A stretch of DNA of 64,000 nucleotides from Bacteroidota bacterium (GCA_039194925.1 JBCCVV010000006.1:205-64204), one strand, 5' to 3'; numbered from the stretch's first letter, positions 41,279-50,714 are shown. Numbers and translations: made by a program. The notes: a model not told the origin generated them from the sequence alone.

Positions 41279-41782
41279 ATGATTTATAATGTAAGGCTAT
41301 CACATAATCGCAATGATGTAAGAGGATCTTATTATCTCTTTGATGGAAAATCGAATGATATAGGTCGTTCCCAAGGATATACTGTTACCAAACGGTACAT
41401 TACGTATCAATCTTCCATCTCAAATACCCTTTTCAGAATAATGAAGAGAGGATGGAAGAAGTATGTACTATTTAATAAGGATGAAATTTTTGGTGTTGTA
41501 AAAATCTATTTTCTTTACCATAAGGTGGAAGTTTTTCTCTCCAATTAGACCGAGTTTATGTTTTTATCGGAGAATGCGGGAAAGACATATCGTATGACTA
41601 GAAATGGAGAACAAATAAAAGGAAAAATTCACAGTCCGTTTTGGATGGAAGATGATGTAGAAATTGGTTTGGACGCTATGACTCCCATTGAGGCAGATTG
41701 TCTAATTGCTGCGATTATCGCAATTGGCTATAACATTGACTCAGATCCATTTTCATTTTTTAAACAAAAAGAAGAAAGATGA
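41279..41782 (+). pseudogene. YxjI / LURP-one-related (tubby C-terminal-like) gene interrupted by one in-frame TAG
   Basis: ORFs 41279-41548 and 41558-41782 are in the same frame, separated only by TAG (41546-41548) plus 3 codons. Joined length is 167 codons, matching the ~160-aa family. The C-terminal hydrophobic helix EADCLIAAIIAIGYNI resembles that of B. subtilis YxjI (from memory). Confidence 0.5.
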
Positions 41783-41808
41783 AAATTAAAATGAATTCTT
41801 TTCCCGCC

Positions 41809-42963
41809 TTAAGCATTAAGAATGATATCATCCACTAAATTCTCAAACTGAACGATTAATTTTTCGTAGCTGCCTACGGTCATTGATGTCTTATTGAATT
41901 TGGAAAACGATTTTTGCTGCAAAATGGCCATTTCATTGTCTTCTTGAATGGCATTCCAAAAAATGTCAGCGTTTAAATCCCAATATCCTTTTTCTTTTTC
42001 AGTAGTGGGTTCAGTAGGCAACATCATAAAAGATTTGATCTCTGTGGTGCTTTCATCCAATGGACAAAATGTAACGGCCATGATATGATCAGGTTCTATT
42101 AAAATGATGGTGCTGGGAAAAATATGGATGAGAATGTTGGCAACTTTTCGAAGATTCCAATCCGAAGAAGGCGTATCTTTAAGTCCTTTCATCGCTCGTT
42201 TTGGGAAGACTATTGAACTGTGAAACGTGTTGTCTGTATTGACACTCAGGTTATCTAAAAAATATTTTCCGATCGTTCGGGCATGTGCAATTTTAAAATG
42301 ATAGCCTTCCAAGGCACCATCCACAATTAACTTCCAATTGCAGGGCAACTGTTCTGTCTTAAAATGGTAAGGGACGTATTCGCCAAAATCAAACTCCTCC
42401 GTAATTTTGTATACCTCAATCAACCATTCATCAATGTCAAACTTACCTTTTAATTCTGGATTAGGTACTACAAATATCATCCCCAATCTCACCCAACAAT
42501 CCAGCTGTATAAGACTATGCGTTTCGGGACTCACATCTTCAAATCCCTGCGGATGAAAAACGCCTTTCAGACACCCCGCTGTATCGTAGGACCAAGCGTG
42601 ATAAGGGCAAACGATGTTTCTTTTTATGGTACCCTCATTTTGCTCAATCAGACGAACACCTCTATGCCTGCACATATTTAAAAATGCCCGAACTTGCCCA
42701 TCTTTCCCTTTGACTACTAGAATGGGTATGCCTGATGCATCGTGCAAAAAATAATCGCCTTGATTTTTAACTTGCCCCACAGGACCGAATATGATAGGAT
42801 GATTTTGAAATAAAACTCTTCTTTCATTCTCAAACCGTTCTTTTGAAACATACCGATCTATGTCTATTTCGGCAGTTTTTCCGTCTGCATCCTGTTTGAT
42901 TTTTTGCTTCTCCAAGTTTTCAAAAACGATATTGATGGTATTGACCTGATCGGCTTTCTTCAT
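41809..42963 (-). CDS. Rieske [2Fe-2S] non-haem iron oxygenase, alpha-subunit type
   Basis: Rieske motif CRHRGVRL...(17 aa)...CPYHAWSY, and mononuclear Fe motif DGALEGYHFKIAH. Confidence 0.8.
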   Translation of the reverse strand: MKKADQVNTINIVFENLEKQKIKQDADGKTAEIDIDRYVSKERFENERRVLFQNHPIIFGPVGQVKNQGDYFLHDASGIPILVVKGKDGQVRAFLNMCRHRGVRLIEQNEGTIKRNIVCPYHAWSYDTAGCLKGVFHPQGFEDVSPETHSLIQLDCWVRLGMIFVVPNPELKGKFDIDEWLIEVYKITEEFDFGEYVPYHFKTEQLPCNWKLIVDGALEGYHFKIAHARTIGKYFLDNLSVNTDNTFHSSIVFPKRAMKGLKDTPSSDWNLRKVANILIHIFPSTIILIEPDHIMAVTFCPLDESTTEIKSFMMLPTEPTTEKEKGYWDLNADIFWNAIQEDNEMAILQQKSFSKFNKTSMTVGSYEKLIVQFENLVDDIILNA

Positions 42964-42985
42964 AGTTGATATTGTGTGTTACAAT

Positions 42986-43504
42986 TTAGAGCATCTCGCC
43001 ACGTGCCGGATAACCGGATTTCACAATATAATCAATAGCCTTTACAAATGAAGGTAAATAGGGGCGACCCCATGGATTGCTGTTTATGGCCGAGTAATAC
43101 ATTAGATTGTTGCTATCGATTAAAAACAATCCGGGTTCACTGAAAAGGTTTGGTTCGCCTTCTTTTACCCCGGCGCTTAGGTATAAAGACCATTCTCTCG
43201 CTGTGGTTTCGGTCAACTCAAAGCCTAAATCGAGGTGAGGTATTTCCCATTTTTGGCGAGAAAGTCTTGCTCTTTTTTGAGTATCCATACTTACGGCTAC
43301 CACATTAACACCTCTTTCTGAAAATGCGGGTAGAAGCTCTTGCAATTGCTGCAAATACTTTTTGCAAATCGGACAATGCAAACCACGATAAAATACAACC
43401 AAGGTGAAATTGTCTGGCTGTTGTTCTTTTAGATTCCATTCATTTCCATTTAATAATGAAAAGGATAATTCTGGCGCTTTTTGTTTTGGTGTGGGTCTTT
43501 TCAT
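42986..43504 (-). CDS. Peroxiredoxin-like / AhpC-TSA (redoxin) family protein
   Basis: Thioredoxin-fold pattern FTLVVFYRGLHCPICKKYLQQL...GVNVVAVSMD. Confidence 0.7.
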   Translation of the reverse strand: MKRPTPKQKAPELSFSLLNGNEWNLKEQQPDNFTLVVFYRGLHCPICKKYLQQLQELLPAFSERGVNVVAVSMDTQKRARLSRQKWEIPHLDLGFELTETTAREWSLYLSAGVKEGEPNLFSEPGLFLIDSNNLMYYSAINSNPWGRPYLPSFVKAIDYIVKSGYPARGEML

Positions 43505-43509
43505 TTTAT

Positions 43510-44094
43510 TTAGTTAAAATTATTGTTTAAATGCTCATCAAAACGCTTAAAATCATTTTCGATTTCTGGATTCTTCATTACATCGTAGGCCATGAATGTG
43601 GGCATGGCTTCGAATCCAAACCACTTGAAATTTAGATGCATTGGTCTCAATAAATCGTCTTCACTCATTCCATCAAAAAACGTCTCTGAAGGATTGTTGA
43701 ATGCTTCTTTTGGAGCATTTGCAGTCACAGAAATCATATATTTCCCATTTAGCTTACCACCAAGTCCATAATTCTTTTTTGGAGCCTCTTTACTTCTACC
43801 ATCACCATCGGACATTTGACCCATCATACCCATGGAAAATACCTCATCTATATATTTTTTGAATGACCAGCTCACGCCCATCCAGTTCAGAGGAGTTTGA
43901 AAAAAGACAACATCAGCCCATTTGAATTTTTCGATCTCTTCTTCAGTAGAGTGGTTGTCTTCCATCGTAGTTTTCTTGACATGGTAGCCCTTCGATCGAA
44001 AGAAAGTTTCTGCCTTTTCTGTTAGACTTGCATTTAGTCTACCTTGCGAAAATGGATACTTCTGGTGACCGTTTATGATAAATATGTTCATCAT
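43510..44094 (-). CDS. mdaB: NADPH:quinone oxidoreductase MdaB (flavodoxin-like fold)
   Basis: Colinear with E. coli MdaB along the full length: IFIINGHQKYPFSQGRLNASLTE, KWADVVFFQTPLNWMGVSWSFKKYIDEVF, KKNYGLGGKLNGKYMISVTANAP. Confidence 0.85.
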   Translation of the reverse strand: MMNIFIINGHQKYPFSQGRLNASLTEKAETFFRSKGYHVKKTTMEDNHSTEEEIEKFKWADVVFFQTPLNWMGVSWSFKKYIDEVFSMGMMGQMSDGDGRSKEAPKKNYGLGGKLNGKYMISVTANAPKEAFNNPSETFFDGMSEDDLLRPMHLNFKWFGFEAMPTFMAYDVMKNPEIENDFKRFDEHLNNNFN

Positions 44095-44200
44095 CTTTAT
44101 TATTTGATTATATTTGTTTCACAAAGAAACTAATAATAGTTCATAAAAGTAACTAATGTAGGTTTCGATCACCAAAATTGTGGTAACCAAAAGGTAACTA

Positions 44201-44596
44201 ATGGCAAGAAAGTATATTGACAATCCAAATTCGTGTACTCTGGTGCATACGATGAACATTATTGGGAATAAATGGAAGCCCATTATTATTTATTTATTAT
44301 CCAATGGGCCATTACGGTTTGGTTCGCTCAATGCGATAATTCCAACGATCTCCAAAAAGGTGCTGACCAATCAGTTGAAAGAATTGGAAAGCGATGGACT
44401 GTTATTGAGAAAAGCATTTGCGGAAATTCCTCCAAGAGTGGAGTATTCTCTGACCAAGAGAGCCATAGGGCTATTGCCAATTCTCAAACAATTGAGCGAG
44501 TGGACAAACCAAACCTATCCCGAAATCGATTTTGAAGAATGCAGAATAGTTGAATCTCAGGAAAAGCAAATTGTCAATATTGATTTTGAAGTTTAG
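44201..44596 (+). CDS. HxlR (DUF24/MarR-like) family transcriptional regulator
   Basis: C(12)TLVHTMNIIGNKWKPIIIYLL..GPLRFGSL...ISKKVLTNQLKELESDGLLLR...PPRVEYSLT. It is divergent from the mdaB operon. Confidence 0.85.
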   Translation: MARKYIDNPNSCTLVHTMNIIGNKWKPIIIYLLSNGPLRFGSLNAIIPTISKKVLTNQLKELESDGLLLRKAFAEIPPRVEYSLTKRAIGLLPILKQLSEWTNQTYPEIDFEECRIVESQEKQIVNIDFEV

Positions 44597-45080
44597 CCTA
44601 ATATTGCTGCAATAGCTCTATCTTTTTTTGGTGTTATGGAGCATAGCTTGGTTGTATATAGAATTCTGATTTCTGTTGTAAAGGAATTACACCATTATCT
44701 TAATGAAAACGCACCTAAAAATAAATTTGGGTTTCGAAATCGGCAATTGAGTAGGAGATACTTTGTTCCTACTTCGCTCCAGATAAGCAGGAAATTTCCG
44801 TTATTTAAGCAAAATACTACTTTGTCATAAGTACCGACTTGGAAAATTTTGAGCCTGACGGTCACGGAGAAATCCAACGCCCTTTGTGATCAGTGCATTT
44901 TCCAGGCGATTATTTTAAGTGCATCACTTGTAAGCACGAATTGAGTTATCAATAAAATGAAGTCAAATTTTTGGTCATAGGCAATCTGCGAAAATAAAAC
45001 CTGTTATCTTGTCCCTGAAGTGATTTAGCATCAGGTTTTTCAACCACTTCATAATCTGTATAATTATCTAAACATCAAAA

Positions 45081-45920
45081 ATGAGTAAACCTATTGTCTC
45101 TGTCGAATGGTTGGCAACTCATATCCATGAGCCAAGTCTGATCGTATTGGATTCCAGTCCGGTTTCGAATGTTTCGGGAATTTCGTCTTCTCATGCTGAT
45201 GCATGCATTCCCAGTTCACGTCTTTTTGATCTGAAAGAAAAATTTACTGATAAATCCAGCCCATTTCCAAACACTATCCCTACGCCAGAGCGATTTGAAG
45301 AAGAATGCCAAAAACTAGGTATCGACAAGAGTTCAAAAATTGTAGTGTATGATAATTTGGGAAATTATACCAGTCCAAGAGTTTGGTGGTTGTTCAAAGT
45401 AATGGGACATGAACAAGTGTTTGTGTTGAATGGCGGTTTACCGGAGTGGATAAAACAGGGCCATCCAACGGGTAAAAAAAGTGATTTGTCCAATGATTTT
45501 AGCAGGGGTGATTTTCAAAGTCGTTATAATTCGGAGTTCGTAATATCCTATGCAGATGTAATTGAAAATAACCATGCAGGAGCCTTTCGCATTGTGGATG
45601 CTCGTTCGGAAGGTCGGTTTACAGGATCAGATCCGGAACCAAGAAAATATCTGCAAAGCGGCTGTATCCCTAATTCCGTAAATATTCCCTGGAAAAGTCT
45701 TTTAACAGATGAGAAATTCAAATCGAAAGAAGAACTGGAGTCGATTTTTGATCATAAATTAGTAGGCAGTAGTAAGTTGGTCTTTAGTTGTGGATCGGGT
45801 CTTACGGCTTGTATTGTGATGCTGGCTCATGAAATAGCACGTGGAGAAAACCTAAGTTTATTTGATGGGTCATGGACGGAATATGCGGAGCGACAAAATT
45901 TGCGTGTGAAAGATGGCTAG
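45081..45920 (+). CDS. sseA: 3-mercaptopyruvate/thiosulfate sulfurtransferase (tandem rhodanese)
   Basis: Two rhodanese halves. The active-site loop FSCGSGLTACIV is of the CG(S/T)GxTA mercaptopyruvate type. Confidence 0.8.
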   Translation: MSKPIVSVEWLATHIHEPSLIVLDSSPVSNVSGISSSHADACIPSSRLFDLKEKFTDKSSPFPNTIPTPERFEEECQKLGIDKSSKIVVYDNLGNYTSPRVWWLFKVMGHEQVFVLNGGLPEWIKQGHPTGKKSDLSNDFSRGDFQSRYNSEFVISYADVIENNHAGAFRIVDARSEGRFTGSDPEPRKYLQSGCIPNSVNIPWKSLLTDEKFKSKEELESIFDHKLVGSSKLVFSCGSGLTACIVMLAHEIARGENLSLFDGSWTEYAERQNLRVKDG

Positions 45921-45995
45921 AATTATAAGAAAGTAATAAAATTCAGCATAAGGATCAAAATACTCTGCATTATAAAATTGTCAATTTAATAAAAT

Positions 45996-46520
45996 GTGAG
46001 CGATAAAATATTCAATAAGGCGACAGGAGATTCTATCGAATTTATTCAGACCGATAAAGAAACCCAAGGACAAATGTCTCACTTTATAATGACTTTAGCT
46101 CCGGGTTCGAATTGGGCAAAATGGCCAAGGCATTTTCATCCCTTCCAAACGGAAACTTTTCGAGTAATATCAGGAGAATTAAAACTTACAGTCGGTAAAG
46201 AAAACTATACATTGGGACCTCATGACAAAAAGGTTATTGTGAATAAATTTGTTTTGCACTCCTTTTGGAATGAGCAAGAAGAACCCGTAGTTTTTGAGGC
46301 TGAAATTTATCCACCAAAGAATATTGAAAAAGGCTTGAGACTTTCATACAAGCTTTCTCAAGAAGGAAAAGTCAATAAAAAAAACATACCTTTTAATCTA
46401 TTTTATACACTCGTACTTATGAGTTATTTTGATTCGTATTTCGCTTTTATCCCCTGGAGAATTCAGCGATTTCTTTTTCAGCAGGGTGCTAAATTTGCGA
46501 AATGGTTTGGATATCAATAA
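45996..46520 (+). CDS. Cupin-domain protein (GTG start)
   Basis: HFHPFQTETFRVISGELKLTVG...H..W cupin-like motifs. Confidence 0.6.
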   Translation: MSDKIFNKATGDSIEFIQTDKETQGQMSHFIMTLAPGSNWAKWPRHFHPFQTETFRVISGELKLTVGKENYTLGPHDKKVIVNKFVLHSFWNEQEEPVVFEAEIYPPKNIEKGLRLSYKLSQEGKVNKKNIPFNLFYTLVLMSYFDSYFAFIPWRIQRFLFQQGAKFAKWFGYQ

Positions 46521-46550
46521 AAAGTAAAATCGTGGAGATTTATAGAGATT

Positions 46551-47105
46551 ATGGAAAAATACCAATTTAAAATAACGGTTCATATGGTCTGTAGTTTGGA
46601 TGGATTTGTGGTGAAGAATGATGGGGATGTATCGTGGCTGAAATCGACAGATCGTTATGAAGAGGGCGTTTCACTTACGCAGGAAGATATAGATGCGTAC
46701 CTGAGCGCAATAGATTGTTATGTTATGGGGTCTAAAACGTACGAACATGCCTTGGAGTTAGGATGGCCCTATGGCGAGACTCCTGTAATCGTAATGACAA
46801 AAAGAAATCTAAAATCTGAAAAGAAGAACGTGGAATTTTATACGGGAGGTATTAAGGAATTGATGGATACCGTATTAAAGTCAACCTATCCGCGTATTTG
46901 GGTAGTAGGTGGCCCTGCATTGGTCAAGGATTTTTTGCAAAAGCGGATGGTGGATGAATTGATCGTATCTTTTTTGCCCGTGATCGTAGGCGAAGGAAAG
47001 TTGTTTTTTGACTATGTGGGAATTGAAGAAAGACTTCACTTGAAAGATTGCAAAGCATATACGGATGGAATGGTAGAGATGGTCTATGAAGTGATGAAAG
47101 GGTAA
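46551..47105 (+). CDS. Dihydrofolate reductase-like (RibD C-terminal domain) protein
   Basis: ITVHMVCSLDGFV...DCYVMGSKTYE...IWVVGGPALVKDFLQ..VDELIVSFLPVIVGEGKLFF. Confidence 0.75.
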   Translation: MEKYQFKITVHMVCSLDGFVVKNDGDVSWLKSTDRYEEGVSLTQEDIDAYLSAIDCYVMGSKTYEHALELGWPYGETPVIVMTKRNLKSEKKNVEFYTGGIKELMDTVLKSTYPRIWVVGGPALVKDFLQKRMVDELIVSFLPVIVGEGKLFFDYVGIEERLHLKDCKAYTDGMVEMVYEVMKG

Positions 47106-47133
47106 CAATTGACAATTGATAATTGATAATTGC
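47106..47133 (+). repeat. Four tandem heptamers (caattga caattga taattga taattgc) starting 1 nt after the stop codon
   Basis: Read directly; the TAA stop of the preceding gene is at 47103-47105. Confidence 0.8.
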
Positions 47134-47162
47134 TAAATTTAAATAGATAAATAAAATAGGAT

Positions 47163-47510
47163 ATGGAATTTGTAGATAATCATATAAACTATGTAGAATT
47201 CTACGCGAAGGATTTGGAAGCAGTAAAGACTTTCTACAATACCTGCTTTGGTTGGTCGTTTACGGATTATGGGCCGACCTACACGGCTTTTGACGACAGC
47301 GGATTGTTAGGGGGATTCGAAAAATCGGGTGAGCCGGTTAAAAATGGTGCTTTGGTGATTTTGTATCATCATGACCTCGAGGCGATTCTCGAAAAAATAA
47401 AGAGTGTCGGGGCTGAGATTACCGTAGAGATATTTTCTTTTCCAGGTGGCCGAAGATTCCATTTTAAAGACCCTGCCGGAAATGAATTGGCCATTTGGTC
47501 GGATAAGTAA
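47163..47510 (+). CDS. VOC (glyoxalase/bleomycin-resistance) family protein
   Basis: INYVEFYAKDLEAVKTFY...FGW...GGRRFHFKDPAGNELAIWSD. Confidence 0.75.
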   Translation: MEFVDNHINYVEFYAKDLEAVKTFYNTCFGWSFTDYGPTYTAFDDSGLLGGFEKSGEPVKNGALVILYHHDLEAILEKIKSVGAEITVEIFSFPGGRRFHFKDPAGNELAIWSDK

Positions 47511-47674
47511 GAAGATTCGTACCGATAGTCGCATATGTCCCACAATTGAACGCTGGTTAGAGTGGTAAATACTTGTTAGCTACCTGTTAAATCGGCTTAT
47601 CTTCTCTATTTGATGCAATTTTTCAATTACTTTAGAATCGAGATGATTTTATTTTAGATACAATACCCGAAACT

Positions 47675-48079
47675 ATGAAGCCATTAGTATTGCACTTCTT
47701 GCTCTTTGTATTTTGTTCGCTGGCGTATGCCCAGGAAAGTGAAAAAATTACGTCGATAAGTTTTATCCAGGTAATCGATGATAATAGGGAAGAGACCATT
47801 TATTACTATGAAAATAACTGGAAAGTTTTACGGAAACGGGCTATAGAAGAAGGTTATATTGATTCGTACCGATGGCTGGAAGTACCCTACAGTGAAGAAG
47901 CTCCTTATCACTTCATGCTTTTTACTACGTATAAGAATAAGGAACAATTTGATAGGCGTGAAGATAACTTTGCCATTTTGATTGAAGAAAAAGGTCCATT
48001 GCGACTGCTAAATGAAAAAAAGTCCAGTGAAATAAGAAAAATTGTTTATGACGTGGATACGTTTAAGCATTGGGAATGA
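47675..48079 (+). CDS. Hypothetical secreted protein (134 aa)
   Basis: Signal peptide MKPLVLHFLLFVFCSLAYAQ; no family recognised. Confidence 0.55.
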   Translation: MKPLVLHFLLFVFCSLAYAQESEKITSISFIQVIDDNREETIYYYENNWKVLRKRAIEEGYIDSYRWLEVPYSEEAPYHFMLFTTYKNKEQFDRREDNFAILIEEKGPLRLLNEKKSSEIRKIVYDVDTFKHWE

Positions 48080-48114
48080 GGATGTCATATCAAAACGATT
48101 ACAATTGAATCAAA

Positions 48115-49044
48115 ATGCTGAAAATACCCCTTAGTGAAATTTTGCCAATCGTCTTTTTTGTTTTGCTTGGTTTCCATATCAATGCTCAGGAAACCAATCT
48201 TCTCCTTCATAAATTTGAAACGGATAAAATATCTACTGACCAGGTAGAATACTCATTATCATTTTCGCCGGATGGAGAAGAGTTGTTTTTTGCAAGAAGC
48301 AAAGGCCAGTGGGGACAAGGGGGGATGAAAAGTAGTATTTATACCAGCAAGCGAATTGATGGAGTTTGGTCCGATCCTATGCTTGTTCCATTTTCAAGTA
48401 ATTATGACGATGGAGATCCACATCTAAGCCATGATGGGAATACGCTATTTTTTGTATCTGATCGACCTTCAGGCGCAGAAATTCAATCGCAAGATATTTG
48501 GCAGGTACAACGAAGTGAAAGTGGAGAGTGGGCAGCTCCGGAAAGACTTTTGTATCCTATAAATACGGAACAGCGGGAATATAGTCCGCGAACGGATAAA
48601 GATGGAAACCTGTATTTTGCTTCTGATCGAGCAGGAGGTTTAGGACAAGGGGATATCTATATGACTCTTTCGGTAGCTGGTCAATATTCAGAACCGACCA
48701 ACTTGGGAGCACCGATCAATACCAGCACAGGAGAATGGAATCTGGAGATCAATAGTGATGGGGATGTGATGATTGTTGAAGCATCGGAAAGATCCGAAAA
48801 CCTGTCTCCGTATGGTGATTTATACATAAGTTTTAAATCAGATAATGAATGGTCGGCACCCCAGAACCTTTCTGAAATAAATACAACAGGCAGCGATCTG
48901 TATCCTCAAATTGTGCAGGATGGGAAATTTCTTTATTATACAAGCAGTGACAGTCTAAGAAGCACCGATACCAATATCTATTGTATAGAATTTAAGGACA
49001 TGTTGGAGGCATATCGCCAAAAAGCTGTTTTCCCAAAAGAATAA
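48115..49044 (+). CDS. Secreted WD40-like (PD40/TolB-type) beta-propeller repeat protein
   Basis: Signal peptide, plus repeated SFSPDGEELFFARS, HLSHDGNTLFFVSDR and SPRTDKDGNLYFASDR. Confidence 0.7.
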   Translation: MLKIPLSEILPIVFFVLLGFHINAQETNLLLHKFETDKISTDQVEYSLSFSPDGEELFFARSKGQWGQGGMKSSIYTSKRIDGVWSDPMLVPFSSNYDDGDPHLSHDGNTLFFVSDRPSGAEIQSQDIWQVQRSESGEWAAPERLLYPINTEQREYSPRTDKDGNLYFASDRAGGLGQGDIYMTLSVAGQYSEPTNLGAPINTSTGEWNLEINSDGDVMIVEASERSENLSPYGDLYISFKSDNEWSAPQNLSEINTTGSDLYPQIVQDGKFLYYTSSDSLRSTDTNIYCIEFKDMLEAYRQKAVFPKE

Positions 49045-49269
49045 TCACTTCTATAGCTGTGAAGTTACATGATGTATTTATGGCATGAAAATACAGAGTT
49101 TGATACGACTTCGACGAAAGGAGAGATATATGACAGGGCTCGATAAATTGATGTTTTTCAATACGAATTTTTGAATAAAGTATAATCCTATTGATGGTCC
49201 TACAAACCCAGAAAAATCAGTGTGTTCTCCAGCTATTTCCGTACTTATGCGTTATACAGAAAAAAAGAA

Positions 49270-49842
49270 ATGAAAACTCTGCTGTTTGTAGTCTTTGTGC
49301 TCATTATTGGTTCTAATACACTGAAGGGTCAGTACGACTATGAACCTTCCGCTGAACATCCTTTTGGTTTGCCCAACCCTGCCGCACCCATTGAAATCAA
49401 AGATTATCATCCACTAATTGGAATTTGTACTTGTAAATCAGAAGCCAGAAATCAGGATGGCAGTTGGCAAGATCCTGAAGATATGACGTGGGAATTCAAA
49501 TACATAATGAATGGCATGGGCGTACAAGATCAAACGTTGAAAGAGGATGGTGGACATTCCGGAAGTATCCGACAATACATCCCGGACAGCAGCCAATGGT
49601 ACGTACATTATTATTCTTCTAAAAGTCCAACACCTTCATTAAGTACATGGTCTGGTGGCAAGGCGGGAAATGAGATCATCTTGTATAGAAGCCAAAAGGC
49701 ACCCAATGGAATGGAAGGCAAGTATAAAATTACGTTTAGTAATATTTCGGATCTTGGTTTTAATTGGTTGGGAGAATGGGTAAATCCAGATGAATCTATC
49801 AAGTATCCTACTTGGAAAATAGAATGCAAGAAGAAAGAATGA
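49270..49842 (+). CDS. Hypothetical secreted protein (190 aa)
   Basis: Start placed at MKTLLFVVFVLIIGSNTLKGQ (signal peptide); no family recognised. Confidence 0.55.
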   Translation: MKTLLFVVFVLIIGSNTLKGQYDYEPSAEHPFGLPNPAAPIEIKDYHPLIGICTCKSEARNQDGSWQDPEDMTWEFKYIMNGMGVQDQTLKEDGGHSGSIRQYIPDSSQWYVHYYSSKSPTPSLSTWSGGKAGNEIILYRSQKAPNGMEGKYKITFSNISDLGFNWLGEWVNPDESIKYPTWKIECKKKE

Positions 49843-49878
49843 CTGCCATGTAAATAACTTCAATTTCATAAAGAGAAG

Positions 49879-49917
49879 TACATGCATGGCAATTCAAATC
49901 TTCCTGTCGTGCATGTA
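49879..49917. terminator. Hairpin between convergent genes (possible bidirectional terminator)
   Basis: tacatgca (49879-49886) pairs with tgcatgta (49910-49917), a perfect 8 bp extendable inward with G-U pairs. Confidence 0.45.
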
Positions 49918-49921
49918 ATTT

Positions 49922-50491
49922 TTATTTAGAATGTTCTAATAAGAATGGCTCTCTTTCATCCATCCACTGATCAATCTCATCCAGGCTTAAGGATTCACCC
50001 TGTGACTCAATCCATTCCTGGCAGTATTTCATTTCTGCCTGAATCGCTGAATCGTCAACTCTACTTAAATCATTGGGTGATTCTCCGTTGAATGGCCATC
50101 TTGGTCCTCCCAGTCTTACACCGGCATACATCGTATTCGCTTTTACTCTTCTGGTCCCATTGGCAATACATGCTTTATGAAACATGCGATGCGTATCTTG
50201 CCACCGTTCGATTTGGTAAGAAGGGCCACCAGCATTTGCCTGGCCGCAATACGCATCGTGCACGATTGCTGCGAATAAATGATTTTTATTCAGTTTGCCA
50301 CCAAAAAATCCTGCGAGTAGGGAAGGGATAGAGGCACCATCTGTTATGGTACCTGCGGGTGCCGTCCATATTTTTCCTTCAGGGTCTGTAAATTGAATAT
50401 CTACTGGGGTGTCGAAATCTCCATCTTTTCTGGAAATGAGATCAATCGTTGACGTGTGTGAAGGAGTAAAAGATCCTATGTGTTTTGACAT
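49922..50491 (-). CDS. DUF1353-like protein
   Basis: TDGASIPSLL...AAIVHDAYC...THRMFHKAC...MYAGVRLGG matches my recollection of the DUF1353 signature (TDGaSiP ... HD.lY). Confidence 0.55.
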   Translation of the reverse strand: MSKHIGSFTPSHTSTIDLISRKDGDFDTPVDIQFTDPEGKIWTAPAGTITDGASIPSLLAGFFGGKLNKNHLFAAIVHDAYCGQANAGGPSYQIERWQDTHRMFHKACIANGTRRVKANTMYAGVRLGGPRWPFNGESPNDLSRVDDSAIQAEMKYCQEWIESQGESLSLDEIDQWMDEREPFLLEHSK

Positions 50492-50714
50492 GATATTTAA
50501 TTTTTAGTTCTGCTACAAATTTTCGACAAATTCTGATGAGGTGAACTACATAATCATGTAGGTAAACAAAATTTGATACGTAATTTCGTAGTAGAAATCA
50601 TAAAATGCGCCACTTAGATTTTTGCTTTGAAAGCAATATGTTTTCCATTTATGTCACTTCATTCGCAGAACTTACTCTCTTTTATGATTTCATGCCAGGC
50701 TGGAATTACTGATT

